Shown here piece by piece: positions 1 to 10,728 of a stretch of 64,000 nt of DNA. The first letter of the stretch is position 1, and the number at the start of each line of letters is the position of its first letter. The position numbers were made by a program, and so were the translations under genes. The stretch is taken from the NCBI GenBank assembly GCA_036732145.1, contig DAINCY010000005.1:443-64442 (forward strand). The letters are read 5' to 3'. Source of the DNA: Candidatus Dormiibacterota bacterium (GTDB taxonomy: Bacteria; Chloroflexota; Dormibacteria; Aeolococcales; Aeolococcaceae). The notes beneath the pieces are model-generated. The model worked only from the letters and a program-made list of their open reading frames with translations. It had not been told where the DNA came from and made no database searches.

Positions 1-63
1 AGCGCGCCTCCTGCTTCCGTAGCGGCCTCTCCGGAGAGGACGGCGTCCGGATTCCCCACCACC

Positions 64-2094
64 ATGCAGCTGATGGCTGTGCTGGTGGCGGCCGTTGTGC
101 TGGTCGCTGGTGTCGGGTTCTACCTCTTCCGGACCCATGGCAACACGACGGCGCCGCCGGTGGCAGTGCCGTCAGGTGGTGCCGTCGCCGTCGTCCACCA
201 GGGCCCGGCCGTCCTGACCTCCGAGTCGCTCAGCGGTGGGACGGCGGGGAAGAGCCTGCGTCTTCCCGGCTCACCGAACAGCATCGTCAGCACGCCCGAC
301 GGAACCAAGGCGTTCCTGCTCGACACGACCCACGGCCAGGTGATCCCGCTCGACCTCGTGCACGGCACAGCCGGCTCCCCCATCCAGGCCGGCAAGCTGC
401 CCACCGACGAAGAGATGTCGCCGGACGGTGCCACCCTGTACGTCACCGACAATCTCAGCGGTACGGTGATCCCGATCGACACGGCGTCGGGCGCACCCGG
501 CCCAGCACAGCAGCTCGCCCAGGGGGTGAGTGCCTACGTCCCGGCACCGACCGGGTCAACCGCGGTGGTCAGCCTCGTCAACGCGCCTGGTCAACCCGGG
601 ATCATCGCCTTCTACAACCCCACCTCCGGCCTCGGTTCCGGGGTCCTGGTGGGCCTGAACAGCCCGATCGAGGTCTTCTACAGTCCCGACGGTGCCACCG
701 TCTGGGTGACAGAGGACGGCGTCGGCAACCTGCCCGGCGTCGTCATTCCGGTCGACGTTCGCTCACACGCGATCGGCAAGGCCATCCCCGTGGGGCACGG
801 TCTCGCCGGGTCTGCCCTCAGCCCTGACGGCCACCTGCTTCTCGTCACCAACAGCCTTGACCGGAGCGTGAGCGTCGTCGATCTTCTGACCAGGGCCGTG
901 GTCGCCACCATCCCTGTCGGCGCCGGGCCGATACGCGCGGACATCTCCGCCGACGGAGCATCGGCGTGGGTCGTCTGTTCGCTGGACCGAACCCTGGTGC
1001 CGATCGACCTGCACAACGACCGCGCCGGAACACCGATCCGGCTGTCCAACGCTCCCGCGGACATGGCGATCCCGAAGGGCGCGACCGCCGCCTGGGTGCT
1101 CTTCTCCAGCTCGGCGGGCAACGTCAGCTTCCTCGCCGGGCACAAGCTTGGCCACCCGACACAGGTCGGCAACGACCCAGGTCTGCTGATCGCGCATGAC
1201 TCCAGAAGTGCCTGGGCCCTCAATGCACTCTCCGACACGGTTCAGCGGGTTGACATGTCCGGCGGGGCAAGCGGGGCACCGATTCACGTCTCGCGTCTCC
1301 CCACCGACCTCGCCCTCACCCGTGACCAGAAGACCCTGCTGGTGCTCAGCTTCGGTGACGGAAGCCACGCGGGCTTCCTGACCGCGATCGACACCGCGTC
1401 ATCCAAGGCCGGCACGGCTCTTGATGTTGGGGTGGGCCCGTCCTCATTGACCCTCGCTCCAGATGGGACAACCGCCTACGTCGCCAATCATCGGACCAAC
1501 TCGATCACCACAGTTGACCTCAAGAGGTGGCTGGTGAGCGCCCGGATCGCTGTGCCATGCAGTCCGACCCAACTGGTCATCACGCCGGACGGCACCGCCC
1601 TCTACGTCGACTGCGCCGCCTCATCTGAGGTGCTGCCCGTGACCGCGAACGGACACGCCGTCGGTGCGCCGATCAACGTCGGCGCCAGCTCGGAACTGGT
1701 CATGGGCAACCAGGGTAAGACGATCTTCGTGAATGCCGACCATGTTCTCCAGGAGATCGATGTCGCCACCAACAAGGTGGTGCTCAATCACGACGAGTCC
1801 GGAAACATCGTCGGTATCGTCCCCACGCCCGATGACCTCACGCTGGTCGCCGTGGAAAACACTGGAGGGGCCGTGCTCCTCCTGCACGCGGCCACTCTTG
1901 CGACGACGACGTCGGTGTCCGTCGGGTCGCGGCCGGGCGGGCTTGAGCTGAGCTCCGACGGCTCCCGCGCCTATGTCCTCGACAGCAGCCAGCAGAAGCT
2001 GTACGTGATCGATGTGACCGCGGCCAAAGTGGCGGCCACGATCGACGTCTCTCCCAACGCGAACGCCGTCGTCGTGCCGTCGCGCCAACCATGA
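64..2094 (+). CDS. membrane-anchored beta-propeller repeat protein (YVTN-type ~40-residue repeats, enough for two propellers)
   Basis: 676-aa ORF. It has an N-terminal hydrophobic anchor (AVLVAAVVLVAGVGFYLF). More than a dozen recurrences of SPDG-x3-(Y/W/L)V-x-(N/D/C)...V-x-(P/V)-(I/V)D follow. There is an ATGA overlap with the next gene. Confidence 0.75.
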   Translation: MQLMAVLVAAVVLVAGVGFYLFRTHGNTTAPPVAVPSGGAVAVVHQGPAVLTSESLSGGTAGKSLRLPGSPNSIVSTPDGTKAFLLDTTHGQVIPLDLVHGTAGSPIQAGKLPTDEEMSPDGATLYVTDNLSGTVIPIDTASGAPGPAQQLAQGVSAYVPAPTGSTAVVSLVNAPGQPGIIAFYNPTSGLGSGVLVGLNSPIEVFYSPDGATVWVTEDGVGNLPGVVIPVDVRSHAIGKAIPVGHGLAGSALSPDGHLLLVTNSLDRSVSVVDLLTRAVVATIPVGAGPIRADISADGASAWVVCSLDRTLVPIDLHNDRAGTPIRLSNAPADMAIPKGATAAWVLFSSSAGNVSFLAGHKLGHPTQVGNDPGLLIAHDSRSAWALNALSDTVQRVDMSGGASGAPIHVSRLPTDLALTRDQKTLLVLSFGDGSHAGFLTAIDTASSKAGTALDVGVGPSSLTLAPDGTTAYVANHRTNSITTVDLKRWLVSARIAVPCSPTQLVITPDGTALYVDCAASSEVLPVTANGHAVGAPINVGASSELVMGNQGKTIFVNADHVLQEIDVATNKVVLNHDESGNIVGIVPTPDDLTLVAVENTGGAVLLLHAATLATTTSVSVGSRPGGLELSSDGSRAYVLDSSQQKLYVIDVTAAKVAATIDVSPNANAVVVPSRQP

Positions 2095-3146
2095 GCCGGC
2101 GCGCCGGCGTGGTGGCCGGCGCCACTGCCATCGCGCTCGCCGTGTCCTTCGCCGCCGTGCTGACGCTGGGGCGGGTCAACCGCCCCGGACCCAGCTCCGC
2201 TCCTGCGGTTTCTGCATCCGTCAGCGCGTCGTCGGGTCCCAACGACGTCGCAGCCGCGGTGGTGAACATCAACGGCACAGTGCCCGGGGGACGGATTGCG
2301 GGGACGGGGATGATCATTGCGGGCGACGGGATCGTCTTGACCAACAATCACGTCGTCGCCGGCACGATGGGGCTGACCGCGCAGGTCGCCGGCAGCGGCC
2401 CGGTGTATCAGGCCACAGTCGTCGGCGTCGATCCCACCCATGACGTCGCGGTCATTCGGCTCCAGGGAGCATCGCGATTGTCGACCGTGCCGGTCGACAC
2501 CTCCGGTGTCATCACCGCCGGCGACGACGTGACCGGAATGGGAAACGCTCTGGGCGTCAACGGCGCGCCCGTGTCGGCCATCGGCGTCGTCACAGCCCTC
2601 AATGAGACGCTGACGGTGAGCGGTGAAACCAGCGATGCGCAGACCACGCTCAATGGCCTGATCCAGTTCAGCGCGCCCATCCAGCCCGGCGATTCGGGCG
2701 GTCCCCTTCTCAACGCGGCGCGACAGGTGATCGGCATGGACACTGCGGGCTCGCCTGTCAAGGCCACATCCACCGGGAGCAGCTTCGGTGCTGCCATCCC
2801 GATCACCACCGCCCTGGCCATTGCCCACGAGATCCTGGCCGGTGTCTCATCCCCGTACATCCAGGGAGCCCACAGCGGCATTCTCGGTGTGATCGTCACC
2901 AACGCCAGTGGAGTTGACGGCGCGCGCGTCAGCACGGTCACGCCCGGCGATGCCGCGTCCGTCGCCGGGATTGTCAGCGGCGACGTCGTCACCGGCGTTG
3001 GCGCCATCCCTGTTCATTCACTGGCCGACCTGGGCGCTGCCATCAAAGGCAGACGTCCTGGCGATCGGCTCACCGTCATGTGGCTCGATCCGGCAGGTGG
3101 GAGTCACCGTGCGACCGTGGCCCTCTCGCCCGGACCGCCTGCCTAG
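2091..3146 (+). CDS. HtrA/DegP-like trypsin-fold serine protease (S1C) with C-terminal PDZ-like domain
   Basis: N-terminal TM anchor. Catalytic His (LTNNHVV), Asp (HDVAVIRL) and Ser (GDSGGPL) motifs occur in canonical order. The C-terminal segment (GDVVTGVGAIPVHSLADLGAAIKGRRPGDRLTV) is PDZ-like. Confidence 0.85.
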   Translation: MSRRAGVVAGATAIALAVSFAAVLTLGRVNRPGPSSAPAVSASVSASSGPNDVAAAVVNINGTVPGGRIAGTGMIIAGDGIVLTNNHVVAGTMGLTAQVAGSGPVYQATVVGVDPTHDVAVIRLQGASRLSTVPVDTSGVITAGDDVTGMGNALGVNGAPVSAIGVVTALNETLTVSGETSDAQTTLNGLIQFSAPIQPGDSGGPLLNAARQVIGMDTAGSPVKATSTGSSFGAAIPITTALAIAHEILAGVSSPYIQGAHSGILGVIVTNASGVDGARVSTVTPGDAASVAGIVSGDVVTGVGAIPVHSLADLGAAIKGRRPGDRLTVMWLDPAGGSHRATVALSPGPPA

Positions 3147-3925
3147 AGATCAGGTCGGCGCACGGCCACGATGTTGAGGCGGACGTAGTCGATCACCCGC
3201 GCGGGCATGCGCGCGACCACCTCGTCGAGGAAGTGCTGCCGCTGATCGGGGCTCATCGGCGCCACGCATTCCCGCAGGCACACCGCCTCGAGAAAGTCGC
3301 GCAGCTGGGTGGCGGTATCGAAGGGCGTCGGCTCCTCGTTGGTCCAGACGTCCATGTCTGTGAACCCGGCCCCGGCCAGGCGGCGGGTCGTGTCATTCAC
3401 GGATGCGTACAGCCAACGGCCGGGGCGTTCGACGCCGAGGCTCTGGACCACCGCCGTGAGCTCCTCGATGTTTCCCCGCCCGCCGCACTGCGCCACCAGC
3501 CGGCCGCCGTGGCGAAGCACAGAGGCGATGTTGGCGAAGAGCCGGTCGTGATCGAGCACCCAGTGGAAGGTCGCGGTGGAGAGCACGGCATCCGCTGGGG
3601 CCGTGGCGCCGATGTCCGCGGCCGCGAACGACAGCAGGTCGGCATGGACGAAGTGCACACGATCGTCACCCCCCAGCCGCCGCCGCGCCTGCTCGAGCAT
3701 GGCCGCGGACGCGTCGAGCGCCACCACGCGCCCGCGCGGCAGGCGATGGAGCAGCTGCTGAGTGACGCGGCCGGTCCCGCAGCCCGCGTCGATCACCGTC
3801 TCGTCGCCCTGCAGCGGTAGCCGGTCCAGCACAGCCGTCCCCCAACGCGTCTGGGGATCGGCGACGCGGTCGTAGGTGGTGGCGTCCCAGTCCGGAGAGC
3901 TGTCCGCCGCCTCGCGCATGCTCAT
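3143..3925 (-). CDS. class I SAM-dependent methyltransferase (trans-aconitate methyltransferase-like)
   Basis: SAM motif I is VIDAGCGTGRVT. The track ORF 3143..4015 was trimmed to the ATG at 3925 (M31, MSMREAADSS...). The upstream 30 codons look non-coding. Confidence 0.75.
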   Translation of the reverse strand: MSMREAADSSPDWDATTYDRVADPQTRWGTAVLDRLPLQGDETVIDAGCGTGRVTQQLLHRLPRGRVVALDASAAMLEQARRRLGGDDRVHFVHADLLSFAAADIGATAPADAVLSTATFHWVLDHDRLFANIASVLRHGGRLVAQCGGRGNIEELTAVVQSLGVERPGRWLYASVNDTTRRLAGAGFTDMDVWTNEEPTPFDTATQLRDFLEAVCLRECVAPMSPDQRQHFLDEVVARMPARVIDYVRLNIVAVRRPDL

Positions 3926-3995
3926 CGGTGGAGGGTAGCGTGAGCGGCCTGCCGGCACGTCGGGATGGACCGCTCGATCCCGTAGCATCGACGAC

Positions 3996-4658
3996 ATGTC
4001 CTCCCAGGCGCACACGCGCGTCTACCTGGCGCGTCATTGCGATGTCCGGAATCCGGACGGCGTGCTCTACGGGCACCTTCCCGATTTTCCGCTGAGCGAA
4101 AAGGGCGTCCGCCAGGCACATTCCCTGGGCCGCTATCTGTCCGGCACCGGCGCTCGCCAGATCCACACCAGTCCCCTGGAGCGTGCCCGACAAACCGCGG
4201 ACATCATCGCCGGCCACATCCCGGGATCGACCATCACCGTCACGGAGGACCTGGTCGAGGCGGCCTTCGGCCGCTACCTGCAGGGCGTTCGCCCGGCCAA
4301 CGTCCCGTGGCGGAGGCCGCTGTGGATGATCCACATGCTGTGGCCGGGGCTCCTGCCCAACGACGAGACTGTGGATGGGATGGCTGCTCGCGTCGAACGA
4401 CCGATCCGGCGCATTCTCGCCACCACCCCCGGCGAGGGCGGCATCTGCGTCAGCCACGGCGACCCCGTCCAGGCCTTCTGGGTGCGCAGCGAGGGACGCC
4501 GCGCGTGGGCGCTGCACCGCCTCCAGTGCGCCAAGGGAGGCATGCTCGAGCTGGACTACGTCGACGGCACGCTGGCAGCCACGACCTACCGTCCGCCGGG
4601 CGCCGACAACATCGACTCCGCGACGAGCAGTCAGTCAGAGGCCGGCGACGTCGCCTGA
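3996..4658 (+). CDS. histidine phosphatase family protein (phosphoglycerate-mutase-like)
   Basis: RHG-type motif near the N-terminus (YLARHCDV), SPLERARQTA, and a second catalytic His segment (CVSHGDP). Confidence 0.8.
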   Translation: MSSQAHTRVYLARHCDVRNPDGVLYGHLPDFPLSEKGVRQAHSLGRYLSGTGARQIHTSPLERARQTADIIAGHIPGSTITVTEDLVEAAFGRYLQGVRPANVPWRRPLWMIHMLWPGLLPNDETVDGMAARVERPIRRILATTPGEGGICVSHGDPVQAFWVRSEGRRAWALHRLQCAKGGMLELDYVDGTLAATTYRPPGADNIDSATSSQSEAGDVA

Positions 4659-5284
4659 CCGCGCCCTGCGCGTGTGGCAAAGGCGGCGGCGATGTCGAGT
4701 CCGGCGTCGCCCCGCCAGTGCCCGGGCCCACCCTCGGCGGGAGTGCGCGCCCCGGCAGGGTCGAGGCGCAACGTCACGGCCACGATCAGCCCGAGCCGCT
4801 CTCCGCTGCCCAGTGCCAGCCCTCCGAGGTCATAGCCGACGACATCCTTGAGCGTCCTGCCGCCGGCCGAGATCAACTCTCCGGCGGCGGTGACCAGCGA
4901 CAGCCCAGCGAGGGTGCGATGAGCAATCTCTCCCATTGCGACCGACTCCCCGACGCGGTCGCTGCGAATCCTGGGCAGCCCGCTGACGGCAAAGCGCCGC
5001 GCCGCCGCCGTCTCGCGAACTGCAGCCCAGGTGGCCGCCGCGCCGGCATGCAGGAGAAGCGAGGTTGGATCGAGCAGGACGGCGTCGAGGCGGTCGGCAC
5101 CCAGCACCACATCGGCACTGTCCGAGAGGGCCGAACCAACCGGGGCGACGGTGACGCCGGCCGCGGCACAACTGGCCAGCAACTCGCGGAGCTGGGTGAG
5201 GTCGGCGGGCTGGAGGAGGTTGCCGGGGCCGACCCCCGCGGTGCCGACGATGGCGGCGAGTTGACGATGCAGGACCTCCTCCAC
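4631..5284 (-). CDS. short FAD-binding PCMH-type domain protein (GlcE-like)
   Basis: 217 aa resembling the FAD_binding_4 part of glycolate oxidase subunit GlcE (VAPVGSALS..., GRTLKDVVGYDLGGLALGSGERLG). It lies 80 nt downstream of nuoN on the same strand. Confidence 0.55.
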   Translation of the reverse strand: MEEVLHRQLAAIVGTAGVGPGNLLQPADLTQLRELLASCAAAGVTVAPVGSALSDSADVVLGADRLDAVLLDPTSLLLHAGAAATWAAVRETAAARRFAVSGLPRIRSDRVGESVAMGEIAHRTLAGLSLVTAAGELISAGGRTLKDVVGYDLGGLALGSGERLGLIVAVTLRLDPAGARTPAEGGPGHWRGDAGLDIAAAFATRAGRGQATSPASD

Positions 5285-5364
5285 GCAGGCGACTCTAGGG
5301 CGGCGACCTAGACTCGCGCGATGGCCGGACTGAGCACTCGCCGGCGGTCCACCCGAGCGGGCTG

Positions 5365-6879
5365 TCAGATCAGGCTGGAGGGAAGGACGCCGTGCTGCGC
5401 CGCCACCGCGACGTCATACACCAGGCTCACCAGAATGCCGAGCACCAGCGTTCCGGCTCCGGTGAGCGCCAGCACCGATCCTCCGGCCAACGATGTGCGT
5501 GACCAGTTGTACGCGGGCTGATCCGGACCCGGCCGTGTGTACATCAAAAGCGCGACGCGCAGGTAGTAGTAGACGGAGACGGCACTGGTGGCGATGCCCC
5601 AGAGTGCCAGCGGCACCTGGTTGGCGTGGATGGCGGCTGCGAAGACGAAGAACTTGGCAAAGAAACCCGCCGTCGGCGGGAAGCCGCCCAACGAGAGCAG
5701 GGACAGACCCATCGCAGCAGCCACGTACGGCCGTCGGAAGGCCAGGCCGCGCAGGCTGTCATAGCTGTCCATGTCCTCGCCGCGCCCGGCCATGACGGTG
5801 ATCACCGCGAAGGCCCCGATGTTGGTCACCGCGTACGCGGCCAGGTAGTACAGCGAGGCGATGGTGCCCTGTGCATCGAGCACAAGCACGCCGATCAGGA
5901 TGTAGCCGGCCTGGGCGACACCGGAATACCCGAGGACGCGCTTGAGGCTGGTCTGCCGGAGGGCGGCGACGTTGCCGATCACCATCGAAGCAATGGCCAC
6001 GACGTACACCATGATCTTCCAGCGGTCGTACACGGCGGTCTCGCCCAGGGTGTACGTGAAGACGCGAATCAGCGCCGCGAAGGCCGCCACCTTAGTGGTG
6101 ACGCTCATGAAGGTGGTGACCGAGGTGGGGGCGCCCTGGTACACGTCGGGGGTCCAAGTGTGGAACGGCGCGGCACTGATCTTGAAGGCCAGCCCCACGA
6201 ACAGCAGGGCGATGCCGGCCATGAGGAGCGGGTCGACGGTGCTCCCCGCACTCTGCAGCGCTGAGGCGATCTGGGCGAGCTGAGTGTGACCGGTCTCGCC
6301 GTAGATGAGAGCCATGCCGAAGAGCAGGAACCCCGAGGCGAAACCACCAAGCAGCAGGTACTTCAGCGCCGCCTCCTGGGAGCGGGGCTCGGTGCGGCTG
6401 AACCCGCTGAGGATGTACAGAGCGATGGAGAGCAGTTCAATGGCGAGAAAGATGACCATCAGGCTGCTGGCCCCAGCGAGGATCATCATCCCTGTCGCCG
6501 CAGCGAGGATCAGCGAGTAGTACTCGCCGTAGTGGAGGCCGCGGCGATTGAGGTACTGCGGGCTGATCATCAGCACCAGCGCGGTGCTGACCAGGATGAT
6601 GGCGTTGATGAAGAGGCCGAAACGGTCGTAGGCGAAGGACCCGAAGTACACGGTGTGCGGTGTGGCGGCGTCGAACCAGCCCCACACCGTGGCGCCGAAT
6701 GACGCGGCGACGGCGAGCAGGCTGAATCCCGCCAACCATCCGCGATGCGCAGGGCTGGTCAGAAGGTCGAGCATCAGCAGGGCCACGAAGCCACCGGCGA
6801 GGATGACCTCGGGGAGGATGCCGAGGATGTCGACACCGTTGGGGGTGGTCAGCGCAGGAAGTGCGGCGAGCACGGTCAC
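5365..6879 (-). CDS. nuoN: NADH-quinone oxidoreductase subunit N
   Basis: 504-aa polytopic antiporter-like subunit. It is last in a collinear nuoA-N series and has a 4-nt overlap with nuoM. Confidence 0.95.
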   Translation of the reverse strand: MTVLAALPALTTPNGVDILGILPEVILAGGFVALLMLDLLTSPAHRGWLAGFSLLAVAASFGATVWGWFDAATPHTVYFGSFAYDRFGLFINAIILVSTALVLMISPQYLNRRGLHYGEYYSLILAAATGMMILAGASSLMVIFLAIELLSIALYILSGFSRTEPRSQEAALKYLLLGGFASGFLLFGMALIYGETGHTQLAQIASALQSAGSTVDPLLMAGIALLFVGLAFKISAAPFHTWTPDVYQGAPTSVTTFMSVTTKVAAFAALIRVFTYTLGETAVYDRWKIMVYVVAIASMVIGNVAALRQTSLKRVLGYSGVAQAGYILIGVLVLDAQGTIASLYYLAAYAVTNIGAFAVITVMAGRGEDMDSYDSLRGLAFRRPYVAAAMGLSLLSLGGFPPTAGFFAKFFVFAAAIHANQVPLALWGIATSAVSVYYYLRVALLMYTRPGPDQPAYNWSRTSLAGGSVLALTGAGTLVLGILVSLVYDVAVAAQHGVLPSSLI

Positions 6880-8456
6880 GGCGTCCCGCCGGGCGTGGTG
6901 AGTGAGGGGATCGTGGTGAGCGCAGTCGGAGCCTGCGAGGCGTTGGCGACGGCCACGGACTGCTGCACACTCGGTCGCGCGACATCCCCGACAGGACGCG
7001 GGAAGACGCCCAGCAGCACCATCAGGGCCGTCAGCGGGAGCAGGACCAGGCCCTGGCCGAAGCTGATGTCGCGGACGTTCTCGGTGCGCGGCTGGAGCGG
7101 ATCGTGCATCAGTCCCTGGTGCAGTCGCAGCATGTACCAGCAGGCGAGGACCACTCCCACGCCGGCCGCAACCGCGTAGACGGGATGGAGCTGGAAGGCG
7201 CCGAGCATGATCGAGAACTCACCCACAAAGGAGTTCATCCCCGGCATCCCCAGCCCCGCCAGCGTGGCCACGAGGAAGAGTGCGTAGAGCCAGGGCATTC
7301 GCCTCTCCAGGCCGGCAAGCTCACGGATGTCGCGGGTCCCGGTGCGCTGCTCCACGAGCCCGACGATGATGAAGAGGGCGGTGATGATGATGCCGTGGTT
7401 GACGATCTGGATCACCGCACCGTTGACGCCGTTGCTGGTCAGCGTGAAGATGCCGAGCGCGATGAAACCGAGGTGGCTGATGCTCGAGTACGCGACGATG
7501 CGCTTGAGGTCGGTCTCGCTCAGCGCCATCAGCGCCCCGTAGATGATGCTGAGCACGGCCAGCGCCGCAAAGAACCACTTGAAGGTGTTGATGGCGTCAG
7601 GGAACAGGGTCAGGCCGAATCGTATGAAGCCGTAGGCGCCGAGCTTGCTGACCAAGCCCGCGAAGAACATCAATACCGGCACCGGTGCTGATTCGTACAG
7701 GTCGGGCAGCCACGTGTGGAACGGGACCATGGGAATCTTGATGGCGAAGGCGGCGGCAAACGCCAGGAAGGCCCACTGCTCGGGACTGAAGGTGGTGATG
7801 TTCAGCCACGGGATGACGAGTGGGGCGCGCGACATCTGCCCACCGATCAGCTGGGTGATGTCGAAGGAACCGCGCTGGCTGGCGAACTCCAGGCCGATGA
7901 TCGCGAGGAGCATCAGCAGGCTGCCGGCGACCGTGTAGATGATGAACTTCAGCGTCGCCCGGCCCCGGTTCTCGTTACCGTAGTTGGCAAGCATGAAGTA
8001 GAGCGGGATCAGCATCCCCTCCCAGAACAGGTAGAAGAGCAGCAGGTCGAGGCTGAGCAGGACACCGGCGGTCATGGTCTCGGTCAGCAGCAGGAGCCCA
8101 CAGAACAGTTTGAGACGGTCGGTGCTGCGCCGTGAGACGAGCACGGCGCCGAGCAGGAACACGCCGGCGTTGAGCGCCAGGATCCATGCCGAGATGCCGT
8201 CGAGCCCGAGGTGGTAGCCGGCACCGATCGCGGGGATCCAGCTGTGGAACTCCTGGTAGTGGAAGCTCAGTGGTCCGGGCGACTGCGCCGTTCCACTCAT
8301 CCCAGCGACCAGCACCCCGACGATCACCGCGGTCGCTGCGGTGGCGGCCACCGTGAAGGCCTTGAGCAGGGTTGTCGCGCTGCGGGGGATCAACTGCAGC
8401 AGCAGCGAGGCGCCCAGCGGGACGGCGAGGACGACGGTGAGCCACGGGATGTTCAT
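6876..8456 (-). CDS. nuoM: NADH-quinone oxidoreductase subunit M
   Basis: Antiporter-like subunit. The track ORF 6876..8576 was trimmed to ATG 8456 ([11 protein letters not shown]...), which forms an ATGA overlap with the nuoL stop. Confidence 0.95.
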   Translation of the reverse strand: MNIPWLTVVLAVPLGASLLLQLIPRSATTLLKAFTVAATAATAVIVGVLVAGMSGTAQSPGPLSFHYQEFHSWIPAIGAGYHLGLDGISAWILALNAGVFLLGAVLVSRRSTDRLKLFCGLLLLTETMTAGVLLSLDLLLFYLFWEGMLIPLYFMLANYGNENRGRATLKFIIYTVAGSLLMLLAIIGLEFASQRGSFDITQLIGGQMSRAPLVIPWLNITTFSPEQWAFLAFAAAFAIKIPMVPFHTWLPDLYESAPVPVLMFFAGLVSKLGAYGFIRFGLTLFPDAINTFKWFFAALAVLSIIYGALMALSETDLKRIVAYSSISHLGFIALGIFTLTSNGVNGAVIQIVNHGIIITALFIIVGLVEQRTGTRDIRELAGLERRMPWLYALFLVATLAGLGMPGMNSFVGEFSIMLGAFQLHPVYAVAAGVGVVLACWYMLRLHQGLMHDPLQPRTENVRDISFGQGLVLLPLTALMVLLGVFPRPVGDVARPSVQQSVAVANASQAPTALTTIPSLTTPGGTP

Positions 8457-10420
8457 CGCGACACCAGCACGATGGTGGCGACCACGAACACACCTGCCGC
8501 CGCGATCATGTAGGAGGCGTAGTCGCGGATCAGCCCCGTCTGATAGTCGCGCGCCCACGCCCCAAGCTCTGAGCACGCATCGGCGATGAAGCGAACCCAG
8601 CCGTCCATGGCGCGTGGTTCCACCACCTTTCGCGTGGTCCGTGCCAGAGCGATGGTCGGGCGCACCAGCAGTGCGTCGTAGATCTCATCGAAGTAGAACT
8701 TGTTGTAGGACAACAGCGGCAGGGCGCGCGGCAGTCGCTCGACGACAGCCGCCGGGTCCGGGTTGTGCTGCAACCACATGCGCGCCGCAAGCCCTGCCCC
8801 GGCCAGAGAGGCGACCGTGCCTGCGGTGCCGGCGACCACCGCCTGCGAGGTGCTGAGATCAACAGCGATGGGACCGGACGTCGCGGTGGTGAACACCGGC
8901 GAGAGAAAGCGCGCGAACACCCCGATCAGGAAGTTGTCGTGGATGAACAGTGCCCACACTCCCAGCACCACCCCCAGGCCGGCGCTGAGGACGGCGAGGA
9001 TGGCGACTGGGCCGAGCATCACCGCAGGCGCCTCGTGCGCGGCATACACGCGCGCCGTCTGAGGCTCCCCTCGAAAGACGGTGGCCCACAACCGGAAGGC
9101 GTACAGGCCGGTGAGCACGTTGATGAGCAGTCCGACGATGTACAGCGCCCAAGGGACCGCGCCCGGACCGTTGGTCAGGCCGAAGCCGAGCAGACCCTCC
9201 TTGCTGAAGAAACCGGCGAAGAAGGGGATGCCGGCGAGCGCGAACGTGCCGCTGAGAAAGCACAGCTCGGTGCGTCGCATCTTGGCGGCGACGCCGCCCA
9301 TGAGACGGATGTCCTGCTCATCGTGGAGCGCGTGGATGACGTTGCCCGCCGCCATGAAGAGCAACGCCTTGAACACCGCGTGCGTGGCCAGGTGGAACAT
9401 GGCCGCGGAGTACGCTCCGATTCCGACGGCGAAGATCATCAACCCGATCTGCGACATCGTCGAATACGCGATCACTCGCTTGATGTCGACCTGGCTGAGG
9501 GCGATCACCCCGGCCATCAGCGCTGTGCCGATGCCCACGCACGCCACCATCCCCTGCGCCACCGGCGCCCGGTCGAACAGCGGATGAAAGCGCGCGATCA
9601 GGTACACGCCGGCGGTCACCATGGTGGCGGCGTGGATCAGCGCCGACACCGGCGTCGGGCCCTCCATCGCGTCCGGCAGCCACGTGTGCAGGGGGAACTG
9701 CGCGCTCTTGGCGAAGGCACCGATGGCCAGGAGCGAGCAGATGCCGGTGATCAGCAGGCCGCTGGAGGGAAACGAGCCGGCGCCGGCGAAGATGCCCGGA
9801 ATGCTGAGCGTGCCCACCCGCAAGACGATCAGGAAGGCGGCGATGACCAGGGCGACATCGCCGATGACCTGGGTGATGAAGGCCTTGCGCGCGGCGATCA
9901 CCGCGCTCGGCCGCTCGTACCAGAAGCCGATGAGAAGGTAGCTGCTCAGCGCCACCAGCGCCCAGCCGACGATGAGGATGAGCAGGTCGGCCGCCAGCAC
10001 CAGGAGGAGCATCGAGAAGATGAAGAGGTTCATGTAGCTGAAGAACCGCGCGATGCCGCGGTCCTCAGCCATGTACCCGACCGAGTACACGTGGATGAGG
10101 AAACCGACGCCGGTGATGACCATGAGCATGAGGGCGCTGAGCGGGTCGAGAGTGAGATCAACCCCCACACTCAGCCCACCACGGCCGAGGTCGATCCACT
10201 GCCAGAGGTGCACGGTGGCCGACTTGGCGCCGGCGGGCGCGCCGACGACCTGTCCCAGCATGAGGCAGGCCACCACGAAGGCCGCGAGGATGCTGAGGGT
10301 GCCCACGAGGTTCACCCCGCGGCGCGACAGTCGCGGCCCTGCCAGCGCGTTGATGAGCGCGCCGGCCATAGGGAACAGCAACACCAGCGATCCACACACC
10401 GCCACGGTGGACGTGTTCAT
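8453..10420 (-). CDS. nuoL: NADH-quinone oxidoreductase subunit L
   Basis: 655-aa antiporter-like subunit with a long C-terminal amphipathic extension typical of NuoL. It overlaps nuoK and nuoM. Confidence 0.95.
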   Translation of the reverse strand: MNTSTVAVCGSLVLLFPMAGALINALAGPRLSRRGVNLVGTLSILAAFVVACLMLGQVVGAPAGAKSATVHLWQWIDLGRGGLSVGVDLTLDPLSALMLMVITGVGFLIHVYSVGYMAEDRGIARFFSYMNLFIFSMLLLVLAADLLILIVGWALVALSSYLLIGFWYERPSAVIAARKAFITQVIGDVALVIAAFLIVLRVGTLSIPGIFAGAGSFPSSGLLITGICSLLAIGAFAKSAQFPLHTWLPDAMEGPTPVSALIHAATMVTAGVYLIARFHPLFDRAPVAQGMVACVGIGTALMAGVIALSQVDIKRVIAYSTMSQIGLMIFAVGIGAYSAAMFHLATHAVFKALLFMAAGNVIHALHDEQDIRLMGGVAAKMRRTELCFLSGTFALAGIPFFAGFFSKEGLLGFGLTNGPGAVPWALYIVGLLINVLTGLYAFRLWATVFRGEPQTARVYAAHEAPAVMLGPVAILAVLSAGLGVVLGVWALFIHDNFLIGVFARFLSPVFTTATSGPIAVDLSTSQAVVAGTAGTVASLAGAGLAARMWLQHNPDPAAVVERLPRALPLLSYNKFYFDEIYDALLVRPTIALARTTRKVVEPRAMDGWVRFIADACSELGAWARDYQTGLIRDYASYMIAAAGVFVVATIVLVSR

Positions 10421-10728
10421 TCGCTCATCTCGTCGAGGTCATCAACGTCCAGCTCGCGACCGAGCCGGAACACCTGGGTGATCAGGGCCAGCCCCACCAC
10501 CACCTCGGCCGCGGCGACCACGATGACCATGAACGCAAACACCTGGCCCTCCTCGCTGTTGAGGAACCGGCCGTAGCTGACAAACACGATGTTGACTGCG
10601 TTGAGCATCAGCTCGATGCACATGAACACCACGATGGGATTGCGCCGGATCAGCACCCCGAGAGCACCGACACTGAACAGAAACGTGGCCAGGCCGAGCA
10701 GGAACGGGAAGTCGCCGCCCGCGTTCAT
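10417..10728 (-). CDS. nuoK: NADH-quinone oxidoreductase subunit K
   Basis: 103-aa three-helix protein ([29 protein letters not shown]) in the expected operon position. Confidence 0.95.
   Translation of the reverse strand: MNAGGDFPFLLGLATFLFSVGALGVLIRRNPIVVFMCIELMLNAVNIVFVSYGRFLNSEEGQVFAFMVIVVAAAEVVVGLALITQVFRLGRELDVDDLDEMSE

Noticed and set aside
26-39. Perfect 14-nt palindrome CCTCTCCGGAGAGG 25 nt upstream of the first gene
   Set aside because: It lies at the window edge and the upstream context is missing. It could equally be a terminator of the preceding gene or an operator, so no call can be supported.
3666-5311. Long ORFs 3666..4517 (-) and 4037..5311 (+)
   Set aside because: They overlap the methyltransferase, histidine phosphatase and FAD-binding genes in alternative frames. 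Their composition is Arg/Pro/Gly-rich with no motifs.
8765-10576. 603-aa plus-strand ORF
   Set aside because: It is antisense to nuoL. The translation is Arg/His/Asp/Gly-rich low-complexity sequence typical of the reverse frame of a GC-rich gene. The opposite strand encodes an unmistakable NuoL.
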